Source: an uncultured Candidatus Saccharibacteria bacterium
GTDB taxonomy: Bacteria; Patescibacteriota; Doudnabacteria; UBA920
Length of the DNA stretch: 51,732 bases
Direction: 5' to 3'
Assembly (NCBI GenBank): GCA_964512925.1
Contig: CAZEKH010000006.1
Coordinates: 1-51,732, forward strand
The position numbers and the translations under genes are program-made. This document shows, in pieces, positions 35,224 to 44,747 of the stretch (positions are counted from its first letter, which is position 1; every line of letters starts with the position of its first letter). Below the pieces are notes generated by a model, which saw only the letters and a program-made list of their open reading frames with translations, ran no database searches and had not been told where the DNA came from.

Positions 35224-36789
35224 ATGGAAAATAACCAACCTATAGTACCGGGCATTCAAAAAAAGAAAAGTTTTTGGCGAATTTTAAAAACTAAAAAATT
35301 TATTTTCGGCTTTTTAGCCGTGCTCTTTTTGGGCTATGTCTTTTTTGGGCGGGGTGATTCCACAGCTAAAGATATCTTGACGGAAACAGTCAAAACTCAG
35401 GATTTAAAACAAACGGTTTTGGCCACCGGACAGGTAACCAGCCAGACAGATTTGTCTTTGAGTTTCAAGGTTTCAGGACGAGTAGGCAGGACTTTAGCCA
35501 AAGTCGGCGACAAGGTCAAAGAAGGTCAGGTTTTGGCGAATTTGGACCAAAACGACCAGGCAGCCAGGCTGACTCAGGCCAGAGGCGCGCTTAAGCAGGC
35601 GGAAGCCAACTACCAAAAAGTTTTAAGCGGGGCTTCCAGCGAAGAAGTTCAGGTTGCGCAAGTTACTTTGGACAATGCCAAAAGCACTTTAGACATAACT
35701 AAAAAACAACAACAGGTTTTAGTGGATAACGCTTACAAAGCGCTGTTAAACTCCGGGCTTTCAGCCATAGCCAATCCCGGCAATACAGGGGATACCGGTG
35801 TAACCATTTCCGGCGTGTACAACGACACTCAAACTGGCAGTTATAAGATTGCCGTGTATTCAACAGGTTCCGGCCTTCGCTATCAAGTTAGCGGACTTGA
35901 AAATATGGACGGGCTGATAGACTTAACACCCAGGCCTTTGGGCACTCGCGGTTTGTTTGTGCAATTTTCTTCTGCCAGCGTGCCGACCAACAACTCTTGG
36001 ACAGTCAGCGTGCCAAACACTCAGGCTTCAACTTATGTGACAAATTTAAACGCATATAATTCTTCCTTGCAAACTCAGGCTTCGGCTATAAGCGCTGCGG
36101 AAAATGCCGTGGCTTCAGCCCAAGCCAGCTTGGATTTAAAACGAGCTCAGGCTCGGCCTGCGGATTTGGAAGTAGCCCAGGCTCAGGTTTTGTCCGCCCA
36201 AGGACAAGTCCAGGCCGCGTCTGCGGATTTGGAAAATACTTTGCTCCGCGCGCCAGCCTCTGGAACCGTAACTAAAGTTGACATCAAGCCAGGCGAGCTG
36301 GCTACGGCTCAAAAAGAGTCAATCATCCTGCAGGATGTTGACAACCTACACATAGAAGCTAACATTTCCGAAGCTAACATTGTTTCCGTCAAACAGGGCC
36401 AGGCTGTAGAAATAACTTTTGATTCTCTGGGAGCAGATAGGAAATTTTTTGCCAAAGTCAGCCAAATAGATCCGGCCTCTACCGTAGTTTCGGGCGTGGT
36501 GAACTACAAAGTTACAATTTCTTTGGACAAGTTTGAAGAAATCAAGCCCGGGATGACAGCCAATGTCAGCATTTTAACCGGTGAAAGAAAATCGGTTATT
36601 GCAGTGCCGCAGAGGGCTGTGGTGGAAAAAGATGGTAAAAAAACCGTAAAAATCGTCACTGACCCGAAAACCAAAGTTTTCAGGGAGCAGGAAATTAAAA
36701 CCGGGATGGAAGCTGACGGCGGATTGGTTGAGATTGTTTCCGGACTTTCCGGTGGGGAAGAAGTGATCACCTTTGTCAAAACTCCATAG
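35224..36789 (+). CDS. HlyD/MacA-family periplasmic adaptor (membrane fusion) protein with an extra domain of about 95 aa in the hairpin region
   Basis: N-terminal TM. Lipoyl-like half motifs (SFKVSGRVGRTLAKVGDKVKEGQVLANLD ... LRAPASGTVTKVDIKPGE). Coiled-coil segments and a beta-barrel/MP domain. Confidence 0.8.
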   Translation: MENNQPIVPGIQKKKSFWRILKTKKFIFGFLAVLFLGYVFFGRGDSTAKDILTETVKTQDLKQTVLATGQVTSQTDLSLSFKVSGRVGRTLAKVGDKVKEGQVLANLDQNDQAARLTQARGALKQAEANYQKVLSGASSEEVQVAQVTLDNAKSTLDITKKQQQVLVDNAYKALLNSGLSAIANPGNTGDTGVTISGVYNDTQTGSYKIAVYSTGSGLRYQVSGLENMDGLIDLTPRPLGTRGLFVQFSSASVPTNNSWTVSVPNTQASTYVTNLNAYNSSLQTQASAISAAENAVASAQASLDLKRAQARPADLEVAQAQVLSAQGQVQAASADLENTLLRAPASGTVTKVDIKPGELATAQKESIILQDVDNLHIEANISEANIVSVKQGQAVEITFDSLGADRKFFAKVSQIDPASTVVSGVVNYKVTISLDKFEEIKPGMTANVSILTGERKSVIAVPQRAVVEKDGKKTVKIVTDPKTKVFREQEIKTGMEADGGLVEIVSGLSGGEEVITFVKTP

Positions 36790-36814
36790 TAAATCTTAAA
36801 TTTATTGATCAATT

Positions 36815-36842
36815 TTCTGCAGTCCGACATCGGACTGCAGAA
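36815..36842. other. Perfect 12-bp hairpin abutting the next start codon
   Basis: ttctgcagtccg acat cggactgcagaa ends 1 nt before ATG 36843. No T-tract follows. Confidence 0.6.
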
Positions 36843-38888
36843 ATGTTATCTGGATTAAAAAAAATGAAACAAAAAATCGCTATTTTTTCTTTGTGGGTAT
36901 TTTGCGCTTTGTGTTTTTTTGCCCCGTTCGCGGTGTTTAAAGACTGGCTGTTTCCGTTTGTCACCAGCAAAGCTTTGGTTTTGCGGTTTTGCGTGGCGTT
37001 CGGACTGCCTTTTTTTATTTATCTTGCCTTGGTAAAAAAAAGTTTGAGGCCAAACTTGAAAAATCCGATGAACATTTTGGTGTTGGGATTTTTGGTTTTG
37101 AATTTTATTTCCGCGATTTTCGGCGTAAACCCGGTGCGAAGCTTTTGGGGGAATTTTGAGAGAATGGGCGGGGTGGTCTATTTGCTGACTTTGGCCTTAC
37201 TGTATTTTTATTTGCAGACCTTAGCTAAGGCGGACGGCCGGTATCTGGAAAGATTTTTAAAATTAGGCGTGTTTTGCGCTTTTATTTTGTCCGCTTACGG
37301 TATGCTGGTAGCCTTCGGGATGAAGCCTTTTTTGCCTGACCCGTCACTGCCCAGGATTTCCATTACTTTTGGCAACCCAATTTATGTCGGCAGTTTTTTG
37401 ATACTGCCAATGTTTTTGTCCGTCTTTTTTGCTTTTCGGGCTGAAAAAATATGGACAAAAATTGCTTATTGGTTTTTCGCCTTCGTCCAGTTTTTAGCCA
37501 TATACCAGAGCGGCACCAGGGGAGCGGCTGTGGGCATAATTCTGGCTTTGTTTTTAGCAGGCATAGCTTTTGTGGTTTTGTCTAAAAACCGGAACGTGAA
37601 GATCTACGGAGCTTCTATTATTTTGTTGTTTTCCGCCATCTTTGGTACTTTGTATTTAAAGAGCTCTTCTCTGCCTAACACTTCGATCGTGTTTAGAGTA
37701 TTTAAGCTAAAAGACAGCAATACCGAAGCCCGTCTGATTCAATGGAAAACAGCCCTTAGGGGAGTGAAGGATTTTCCTCTTTTGGGCGTGGGGCCGGAGA
37801 ACTATTATTTGATTGCCAATAAATACCACAACCCGGAAATGTTTAAATATGACCGCAGCTGGTTTGACAAGCCTCACAATTTTTTGCTGGAAATTTTGGT
37901 CACCACTGGAATTTTCGGTTTTATAGCTTACGGGGGGATTGTTTTATTAACCCTATATTTTTTTTGGTATGCGTACAGGCGCGATCTGCTTTCTTTGCCT
38001 GAGTTGTTGGCTTTGTCAGGAGGAGCTATTGCTTACCAGATTCAAAATCTATTTGTCTTTGACAATGTTTCAGCCAGCCTGACTTTTTTTGTTTATTTGG
38101 TCTTTGCAGTGTATCTGTATTCTTCCGCGGTTTTAGACAGCAGTTCTTCCTCTAAAACCAAAAAACCCCAGGTTTACCGGGAACTGCCAGAGGTATTTGC
38201 CCAGGTGTCAGCAGTCGTGGCTTTAATTGGATCTGCCTGGTTTTTTTATCTTGGGGTGTATCTGCCGGCGCAGGCGGCATATAACGTCAACTACGGCTAT
38301 GCTTACATAAACGCGGATTATAAAATTTCGGAACAGTATTTTAGAACTGCTTTGGATTTGCCTTTCAATTTTGACTACGGAGAAAGCGCTTTGAAGTATT
38401 CCGACTTGCCACTCGCTTTGGCTTCCAGCCAGCAGGCTATGCAAAAAGATCCGGCTTCGGTTGAAAGGAATTTGAAAAATGCGATAGAAAGTTTGTCACG
38501 AGGTGCTTTGGAGCCGGGCAATTATCCTATTTATTGGCAGAGATTGGCGAACTTGTATTTGGTTGATTCTTACATCCATAAAAAACCTTTTCCGCAGGAA
38601 GGCGAAGAAGCTTTGGCAAAAGCCATTTTGCTGGCGCCAAACCGTAACGACGCCCGGATGCTGATGGTTCAAACGCGCTGGGCTTTGGGCAGATTTAGCG
38701 ATGCTTTAAATGTGATTGATGAAGTTTTAAGCCGAAATCCCGATTATCCTGAAGCGATTTTGCAAAAAGCAATGATCTTAAAAGATGCCGGCAAACCAGA
38801 GGAGGCAAAAAAACTGGCTGAAAGCATTACGACTTCAGACCCCCAACTCAAAGTTCAGATTGAAGGGTTTTTAAAAAGTTTTAAATGA
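36843..38888 (+). CDS. Second O-antigen ligase-like (Wzy_C) + TPR membrane protein, paralog of 32911..35142
   Basis: It shares FPFVTSKA...KKSLRPN, SFWGNFERMGGV, SGTRGAAVG, EARLIQW, GPENYY and WFDKPHN with the upstream paralog. The start may instead be ATG 36864. Confidence 0.7.
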   Translation: MLSGLKKMKQKIAIFSLWVFCALCFFAPFAVFKDWLFPFVTSKALVLRFCVAFGLPFFIYLALVKKSLRPNLKNPMNILVLGFLVLNFISAIFGVNPVRSFWGNFERMGGVVYLLTLALLYFYLQTLAKADGRYLERFLKLGVFCAFILSAYGMLVAFGMKPFLPDPSLPRISITFGNPIYVGSFLILPMFLSVFFAFRAEKIWTKIAYWFFAFVQFLAIYQSGTRGAAVGIILALFLAGIAFVVLSKNRNVKIYGASIILLFSAIFGTLYLKSSSLPNTSIVFRVFKLKDSNTEARLIQWKTALRGVKDFPLLGVGPENYYLIANKYHNPEMFKYDRSWFDKPHNFLLEILVTTGIFGFIAYGGIVLLTLYFFWYAYRRDLLSLPELLALSGGAIAYQIQNLFVFDNVSASLTFFVYLVFAVYLYSSAVLDSSSSSKTKKPQVYRELPEVFAQVSAVVALIGSAWFFYLGVYLPAQAAYNVNYGYAYINADYKISEQYFRTALDLPFNFDYGESALKYSDLPLALASSQQAMQKDPASVERNLKNAIESLSRGALEPGNYPIYWQRLANLYLVDSYIHKKPFPQEGEEALAKAILLAPNRNDARMLMVQTRWALGRFSDALNVIDEVLSRNPDYPEAILQKAMILKDAGKPEEAKKLAESITTSDPQLKVQIEGFLKSFK

Positions 38889-39412
38889 TTTATAGTTTAA
38901 AAATCAGCGCAAAAGCCCGACGGGTGCGGATAACCATCCGTCCGAAAACGGGCGCGGTTTTAACTGTGCCAACTGGCTTTGATATTGGGGAAGCAAAGAA
39001 ATTTTTATTTTCCAAATCAGCCTGGGTTTTAAAAAAATTAGCCAAGCTGCACAAATACGAAAATCAGCCGGTTTTAAAAACTTCAAAAAAGGAATTTTTA
39101 GAAAAAAAGCAGGCGGCTTGGGTTTTAGCAAATACCAAGGTAAATGAATGGAATTTGAAGTTCGGGTTTGAGTATAAAGCTATCCGGATCAAAAACAGCA
39201 AAACCCGCTGGGGCAGCTGCAGCCGGAAGGGGAATTTGAACTTTCATTATAAAATTGTGGATTTGCCTGAGAACTTGCTTGACTATCTGGTTGTCCACGA
39301 ACTTTGCCATTTAAAAGAAATGAATCATTCGGCCAAATTTTGGCAGTTGGTTTTTAGGGAAATTTCGGATTATAAAATTTGTAGAAAAAAATTGAAAACA
39401 TTTAGCTTATGA
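38885..39412 (+). CDS. YgjP-like (DUF45/M48-related) metal-dependent hydrolase
   Basis: TRWGSCS..G.LNF and the HExxH motif VVHELCHLKEMNHSAKFW are present. Confidence 0.8.
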   Translation: MIYSLKISAKARRVRITIRPKTGAVLTVPTGFDIGEAKKFLFSKSAWVLKKLAKLHKYENQPVLKTSKKEFLEKKQAAWVLANTKVNEWNLKFGFEYKAIRIKNSKTRWGSCSRKGNLNFHYKIVDLPENLLDYLVVHELCHLKEMNHSAKFWQLVFREISDYKICRKKLKTFSL

Positions 39413-39425
39413 GTTTTGAAATTCA

Positions 39426-39785
39426 ATGGAAAATGCAAAATTGTCCGCCAGCTGGCGGATTGAAAATTTTCGCCAAAAAGTATTGGATGTTGTAGAAAAA
39501 ATTCCATCAGGCAAAGTTATGTCTTACGGCCAGGTGGCAGCTTTAGCCGGAAGCCCCAAAGCCGCAAGACAGGTGGGGCAGATTTTAAAGTTTTTAGACA
39601 TTGAAAAAGCCCATATTCCCTGGTGGAGGGTTTTAAACTCAAAAGGGCAAATCAGCATCAAAGGCAACTGGACAGCGGACAAAAACCTGCAAAAAAGCCT
39701 TTTAATCAAAGAAGGAATAGAGATTTCCGAAGATTTTTCCGTGGATATGGTAAAATATCAGTACATCTTAGAAAATAGAAAATAG
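39426..39785 (+). CDS. Alkyltransferase-like (ATL) protein, MGMT DNA-binding domain without the acceptor Cys
   Basis: IPSGKVMSYGQVAALAG is present. IPWWRVL replaces the PCHRV active site. Confidence 0.8.
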   Translation: MENAKLSASWRIENFRQKVLDVVEKIPSGKVMSYGQVAALAGSPKAARQVGQILKFLDIEKAHIPWWRVLNSKGQISIKGNWTADKNLQKSLLIKEGIEISEDFSVDMVKYQYILENRK

Positions 39786-39788
39786 AAA

Positions 39789-40406
39789 ATGAGAGCTAAA
39801 AAATTGCACAAAATTTTGCTGATTGCTGGCCTGATTGCTTTAGCGGTTTCGGGCATAAAGCCCCACGATTACTTTACCTGGTTTTTGGAAGTCGCGCCGA
39901 CGCTTGTTGGGGTAGCGGTGATGCTTTTAACTTATAATAGATTTCCTTTGACCGATCTTTTGTATATCCTGATATTTATTCATTCCCTGATTTTAATGAT
40001 CGGCGGGCATTGGACTTACGCGGAAGTTCCGTGGTTTAACTATTTGCGGGATATCGGGATATTTGCCCGCAACAACTATGACAAGGTAGGACATTTTGCC
40101 CAGGGTTTTGTGCCATTTTTAATTGCGCGGGAAATTTTACTTAGAACCTCGCCTTTGAAAACCGGCAAGTGGCTGAATTTTTTATCGGTCTCGGTAGTTC
40201 TGGCGATCTCCGCTTTTTATGAGCTGGTGGAATGGTGGGTGTCTTTGCTTTCAGGTTCAAGCGGGGACGCTTTTTTGGGTACTCAGGGGTATGTCTGGGA
40301 TACGCAGTCGGATATGCTTTGGGCTTTGCTCGGGGCTTTAGTTTCAATGGCAATTTTGTCGAAATTGCATAACAAGCAGCTTTCAACACTAAAAGAAAAA
40401 ATATGA
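39789..40406 (+). CDS. DUF2238 (YjdF-like) inner membrane protein
   Basis: About six TM segments. The pattern DYFTWFLEVAPT...NYDKVGHFAQGF...YELVEW matches this family as I recall it. Confidence 0.6.
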   Translation: MRAKKLHKILLIAGLIALAVSGIKPHDYFTWFLEVAPTLVGVAVMLLTYNRFPLTDLLYILIFIHSLILMIGGHWTYAEVPWFNYLRDIGIFARNNYDKVGHFAQGFVPFLIAREILLRTSPLKTGKWLNFLSVSVVLAISAFYELVEWWVSLLSGSSGDAFLGTQGYVWDTQSDMLWALLGALVSMAILSKLHNKQLSTLKEKI

Positions 40407-41335
40407 AAATTTCGGTTTTTGGTTTGGGAAAAATGGGTATGCAGATAGCGAAGAGACTTCATTTAAACGGGTTTGAGGTATATGCCTGGAACAGAAGCGA
40501 AGGACCCAGGCAGGAATTTACGGATTATGTTAAGCAAAATCCTAAAGAGAATAGCCAGGCTTTTTCCAGTATGGATGATTTGTCCAAAGCAATGGGCGAA
40601 GGGCCGAGAGTTTTTTGGCTGATGCTGCTTCAGGAACTGGTGGAAGATTTTTTGTTTAAGCCGGAACTTTTGGGACGCTTGCTTAGGGAAGGCGATATTG
40701 TGATAGACGGCGGCAATAGTTTTTATAAAAATTCCATCAGGCGGGCTGAGGAATTGTCTAAAAAAAATATTATTTTTTTTGACGCCGGCGTGTCCGGAGG
40801 CATTTGGGGAGAAAAAAACGGTTTTGCTATTATGGCGGGCGGGGAGAAAAAAAATTGGCCGACTGTTGAGCCGATTTTTAAAACTTTGTCTTCGGGGAAG
40901 AATTACGGCCTGGTGGGCAAAGCCGGAGCCGGACATTTTGTCAAAATGGTGCATAACGGCATAGAGTACGGGATGATGGAAGCTATCGGCGAAGGTTATG
41001 CCGTGATGCAGGCTTCGCCTTTGGGGCTTGATCTTTTGGAAGTTACCAAGATATACCAGGAAGGCACGGTTATAAGGAGCTGGCTGATAGATTTAACGCG
41101 CAATATTTTTGAGTTTGAAGATGTAGAAAATACCAAAGGCGAGATCAATATGTTGGGGGAAGGGGAGTGGACCGTGGAAGCTGGCAAAGAGCTGGGTATA
41201 GATGTGCGGGTTTTGGAGGATAGCGTCAATGTGCGCAAAGAATCCAAGGATCCGAAAAATCAAAATAAGTTTTCCAACAAAATCGTGGCGCTACTAAGAA
41301 AACAGTTCGGCGGGCATTCCATAGTTAAGAAATAA
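40403..41335 (+). CDS. gnd: 6-phosphogluconate dehydrogenase, short (YqeC/GntZ-like) decarboxylating type
   Basis: The Rossmann motif is ISVFGLGKMGMQIA. DAGVSGGIWG, AGHFVKMVHNGIEYGMMEAIGEG and RSW are present. Confidence 0.85.
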   Translation: MKISVFGLGKMGMQIAKRLHLNGFEVYAWNRSEGPRQEFTDYVKQNPKENSQAFSSMDDLSKAMGEGPRVFWLMLLQELVEDFLFKPELLGRLLREGDIVIDGGNSFYKNSIRRAEELSKKNIIFFDAGVSGGIWGEKNGFAIMAGGEKKNWPTVEPIFKTLSSGKNYGLVGKAGAGHFVKMVHNGIEYGMMEAIGEGYAVMQASPLGLDLLEVTKIYQEGTVIRSWLIDLTRNIFEFEDVENTKGEINMLGEGEWTVEAGKELGIDVRVLEDSVNVRKESKDPKNQNKFSNKIVALLRKQFGGHSIVKK

Positions 41336-41382
41336 AATCATTATATAAATTATAAGTAAGATTGATATAGGAGAACAGAAAT

Positions 41383-41811
41383 ATGTTCGGAAATTTGATG
41401 GAGAGGCTGATGCCTGAACCAGAAAAGCCTGAAAAAAAAGAAAGTACTGAGGCAGATTTGGCAGAATATATAAAAAAATACCAAATAACTTATGAGCTGA
41501 GTGAGGATTCAGCGGTTACCCTTTGTTCGGTTTTGCCGGAGGGGAGTATAGATGAGTATCGCAGGGAAATCGCTATTGCGTTTGATGCTATTTTAAATAA
41601 GTTAAAGCTAGAGGGTTTGGTTTCCCAAACTTTGGAAGTTACCCGAAGTTATACATATGGCAAAAATGGCGGACCGGCAGTCAGATTTAAAATATTGGCA
41701 AAAGACAAAATAAGTCTGCTGCCTAGTATGGGTATAAATCAGTTGTCTGACAGAAAAGTTGTTGACGCTTCAATGTTTGTAAATGCCCACCAGCTGCCAG
41801 AAAAAGAATGA
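41383..41811 (+). CDS. Hypothetical protein
   Basis: ORF only. Its stop overlaps the next start (ATGA). Confidence 0.4.
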   Translation: MFGNLMERLMPEPEKPEKKESTEADLAEYIKKYQITYELSEDSAVTLCSVLPEGSIDEYRREIAIAFDAILNKLKLEGLVSQTLEVTRSYTYGKNGGPAVRFKILAKDKISLLPSMGINQLSDRKVVDASMFVNAHQLPEKE

Positions 41812-42449
41812 ATATTTATTCCAAGCAGGAAATAAAATTGTTTAAAAAATTGAACTCGGAGAAAAAGGTTCAGGATTTTTTAAATTCTTTAAAAATTAAT
41901 TTTGAAGAAAAAGGCGACACCTGTATGTCGCCACGCAGAGTCCTTGAAACAAAAAAAGCTCACTGTATGGAAGGGGCAATGCTGGCTGCGGCGGTTTTGG
42001 AATTTCATAAGCAAAAGCCTTATGTAATGGATTTAAGAAGCGCTGCGCACGATTTTGACCACGTGGTTTGCGTGTTTAAGCGGTTTGGCTGCTATGGCGC
42101 TGTGTCTAAAACCAATCACGCGGTTTTACGCTACCGCGAGCCGATATACAGAACGCTTCGGGAACTTGCCTTGTCTTACTTTCACGAATATTTTGACGAT
42201 GACGGCGAGAAAACTTTAAGGCAGTATTCCCGGCTTTTGGATTTAGGGCATTTTGATTTAGACCCCTTCTTTAACAAAGAGGGGGATGGGGGGAGTTGGA
42301 GGACAGCAAAACGGGATTTGTTTGAAATTCCCGAATACTTAGATACCATAAAACATTTTAACATCCTAACGCCCAAACAAATCAAAAACTTAAGGCCGGC
42401 TGATGATATTGAAATTCAGGCAGGAAAATTGGTTGAGTATACAGAATAA
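41808..42449 (+). CDS. Hypothetical protein, possible transglutaminase/papain-like Cys-His fold
   Basis: KAHCMEGAMLAA ... DHVVCVF suggests a Cys/His pair. The assignment is weak. Confidence 0.4.
   Translation: MNIYSKQEIKLFKKLNSEKKVQDFLNSLKINFEEKGDTCMSPRRVLETKKAHCMEGAMLAAAVLEFHKQKPYVMDLRSAAHDFDHVVCVFKRFGCYGAVSKTNHAVLRYREPIYRTLRELALSYFHEYFDDDGEKTLRQYSRLLDLGHFDLDPFFNKEGDGGSWRTAKRDLFEIPEYLDTIKHFNILTPKQIKNLRPADDIEIQAGKLVEYTE
42263..42285. repeat. Palindromic element copy inside the hypothetical CDS
   Basis: ccccttcttt aac aaagaggggg forms a 10-bp stem with one G.T pair. It encodes DPFFNKEGDGG. The core is as at 12372-12392. Confidence 0.6.
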
Positions 42450-42514
42450 CCTCTTATGGCATATAGGTGTTTGCAATATCAATCAACTTTAAGAGAATAA
42501 GTTTTGTGTAGATT

Positions 42515-42569
42515 CCCTCTCCGAACACGGAGAGGGTTAGAGCCTGCCCTGAGCTTGTCGAAGGGGTGA
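42515..42569. repeat. Palindromic element copy, intergenic (between convergent gene ends)
   Basis: The sequence is CCCTCTCCgaacacGGAGAGGGttagagcctgccctgagcttgtcgaaGGGGTGAGG. GTAG lies 3 nt upstream (42508-42511). Confidence 0.7.
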
Positions 42570-42673
42570 GGTAATAATATTTGGTTATTAAATAAAATTA
42601 TGTTTCATGGGAGAGGGAGTAAAACAGCTTCAATTTTTTTATAAATATTTTGAAGAGATGTGGAACGGGTAGG

Positions 42674-43804
42674 CTATTTAGGATTTTCTGAAATTATTTT
42701 TTTGTAATAGTCTAGATATTTGGGGACTATGTGGCTTGAGCAAAAAAGTTCGCAGGCGATCTTTTTTGCTTTTTCGCCCATTTCATTTCTAAGCGCCTGC
42801 TCTTCAGTTAGCCTTTTTATGCTTTTGGCAATGGATTTTATATCGCCGACTTTATGGAAAAAGGCGACTTGGTCCTTGTCTATTATCTCCGAAAGTCCGC
42901 CAGCTTTGGTTGCCACCACGGGCTTTTGGTAGCTTAAGACTTCCAAAATTCCCATCCCAAAACTTTCGTCTTTGGAAGTAAACACGCCGAAGTCCGAAGC
43001 GTTTATATAGTTTTGGATGTCTTTAATATTGTTTCTTATTACCAACTTATTTTTTAGCCGCAGTTTTTTTACCAATGGCAAAAAAGGTGAAAAATCGCTT
43101 CCGCCGAGAATCAAAAGTTTAAATTTGGGATTGTGTATTAAAGAAGCGGCTTTTAGTAAATCTGGAATTCTTTTTACAGGCCTTAAGTTTGAGAGGTGGA
43201 TAGCAGCGATATCATCATTTTTAATTTGTAAACTTTGACGTACTATTGCCCGGGACTTGGTAACTTTCGGCGGAGTATAAAAGTTGTGGATGATTTCAAT
43301 CGGTTTATCTGTTTTTAAAATAGAAATCGTTTGTCGTTTTAAAGTTTCTGAAACCGCAGTCACGCCGTCTGAGCGCTCTATGGAGTACTTGATAATTTCA
43401 AACAGCGCTGGGTCTTTGGCCAGAAGGGTAATGTCAGTGCCGTGCAGGGTGGTGATGATTTTAGGCAGGCGAATGTTGTTTTGCCTCATTATCCGTTTTG
43501 CTAAAAGCGCGGCCGTGGCGTGGGGGACTGCGTAGTGAACGTGGACAATGTCCAGATTGTATTTTTTTTGGACTTTTTCTATTTCTACTGCCAAAGGCAG
43601 GGTATAGTCCGGGTATTTAAAAAGCGTATATTCATTTATTTTGACTTGGTGGAAATAAATGTTTTTATTTTTCGGTAGCCTAAAAGGCGGCTCATAGGCG
43701 ATGAAATGCACCTGATGCCCCAGATTTGAAAGTTCAAAACCCAAATTTGTAGCCACCACGCCACTGCCTCCTACAGTCGGGTAACAGACAATACCTATTT
43801 TCAT
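42674..43804 (-). CDS. bshA: GT4 glycosyltransferase, BshA-type (N-acetyl-alpha-D-glucosaminyl L-malate synthase)
   Basis: The N-terminus MKIGIVCYPTVGGSGVVATNLGFELSNLGHQVHFI and the C-terminal E..FG...LE are typical of BshA. It lies in a cluster with a PIG-L deacetylase. Confidence 0.75.
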   Translation of the reverse strand: MKIGIVCYPTVGGSGVVATNLGFELSNLGHQVHFIAYEPPFRLPKNKNIYFHQVKINEYTLFKYPDYTLPLAVEIEKVQKKYNLDIVHVHYAVPHATAALLAKRIMRQNNIRLPKIITTLHGTDITLLAKDPALFEIIKYSIERSDGVTAVSETLKRQTISILKTDKPIEIIHNFYTPPKVTKSRAIVRQSLQIKNDDIAAIHLSNLRPVKRIPDLLKAASLIHNPKFKLLILGGSDFSPFLPLVKKLRLKNKLVIRNNIKDIQNYINASDFGVFTSKDESFGMGILEVLSYQKPVVATKAGGLSEIIDKDQVAFFHKVGDIKSIAKSIKRLTEEQALRNEMGEKAKKIACELFCSSHIVPKYLDYYKKIISENPK

Positions 43805-43863
43805 AGATCACAAATACATTAATAACACTAATAAAAATTTATATTTCCCTGCGCGTAGTTTTT

Positions 43864-43992
43864 TGTCATCCCAGAATTTTTATAGCTTTGTATTAAAAAT
43901 ATCTGGGATCTATGAGTTTGCATTTGCATCAAAGTTTAATGCTGTTTACACTGGATCCCGGATATCTCGCTTAGCGAGATTCCGGGATGACA
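43864..43992. repeat. Two-hairpin MITE-like element, empty and partly degenerate copy, between bshB and bshA
   Basis: Left arm tgtcatcccagaattttt...atatctgggatc (AT-rich, decayed). Right arm ctggatcccggatatctcgcttagcgagattccgggatgaca. Confidence 0.7.
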
Positions 43993-44009
43993 CAAGGAGT
44001 TTAAAATAT

Positions 44010-44708
44010 TTAGTAGTTTCTTGATGATAGGCTTAGGTCGGTCAAATTATGTATCCTTATAGGGTCGTTGGTCCAGAGGCCGATGGCGTATTTTACGCCA
44101 ATTGAAGCTCCCCAGGCTGCTGCTTTAGTTGAAACCAGATTCAGGTAGCCCTTGGTTTGCATCTGGCTTTGGTGAGCCTGCATTGCTTGTACCCAGGTTT
44201 CGTAATTGTCCGACACATCAATTATGATGTCCGGTTTTTGTCCCCACTCAGCGCGGGACGGATAGTAATAGAGTGAGGACACATTGTGGGTAGGTAAGTG
44301 CTTAAGTTCGCTTAAACCGCCATATCTTGCCAAGCGACAGGCGCTGTGAGCTATTTTCGCCACTTCATAGTGGTCAGGGTGCTGGTTATGCTGGTTTTCC
44401 GGGGCTAGCACAATATCGGGTTTGAATTTGCGTATTACTTCCGCAATCTTTATATTGTTTTCCGGCTTGTGCTCTATGTGGCAGTCGCCGCCCAGGTCTA
44501 AAAATTCTATATCCGAAACTCCGCAAATTTTTGCCGCTTCTATAGCTTCTTGTTTTCGGCTTTCCGGCGTGCCGTTTGAGCCGGCTTCGCCCAATGAGCA
44601 AACTAAATATTTTATTTGACTTCCTTTTTTGGCTTCCTTGACCATCAGCCCGCCCATGCCAAACTCAATATCATCCGGGTGGGCGCCTATAGCTAAAATT
44701 TGTGTCAT
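44010..44708 (-). CDS. bshB: PIG-L/LmbE family deacetylase, BshB-type
   Basis: AIGAHPDDIEFGMGG and HPDH motifs are present. It lies adjacent to bshA. Confidence 0.75.
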   Translation of the reverse strand: MTQILAIGAHPDDIEFGMGGLMVKEAKKGSQIKYLVCSLGEAGSNGTPESRKQEAIEAAKICGVSDIEFLDLGGDCHIEHKPENNIKIAEVIRKFKPDIVLAPENQHNQHPDHYEVAKIAHSACRLARYGGLSELKHLPTHNVSSLYYYPSRAEWGQKPDIIIDVSDNYETWVQAMQAHQSQMQTKGYLNLVSTKAAAWGASIGVKYAIGLWTNDPIRIHNLTDLSLSSRNY

Positions 44709-44747
44709 AAGATTGTAAATAGACTTTAGTGGTTAGTTTTCTTAAAA

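Noticed and set aside
40463-40954. 163-aa ORF on the minus strand
   Set aside because: It lies entirely antisense to the well-supported 6PGDH gene and its composition is low-complexity. It is a shadow ORF.
38885-41811. Alternative genetic code (UGA recoding, as in some CPR lineages)
   Set aside because: TGA terminates ORFs at classic ATGA/GTGA overlaps (32911, 38885, 40403, 41808) and conserved proteins end at the expected lengths. The standard code 11 fits.
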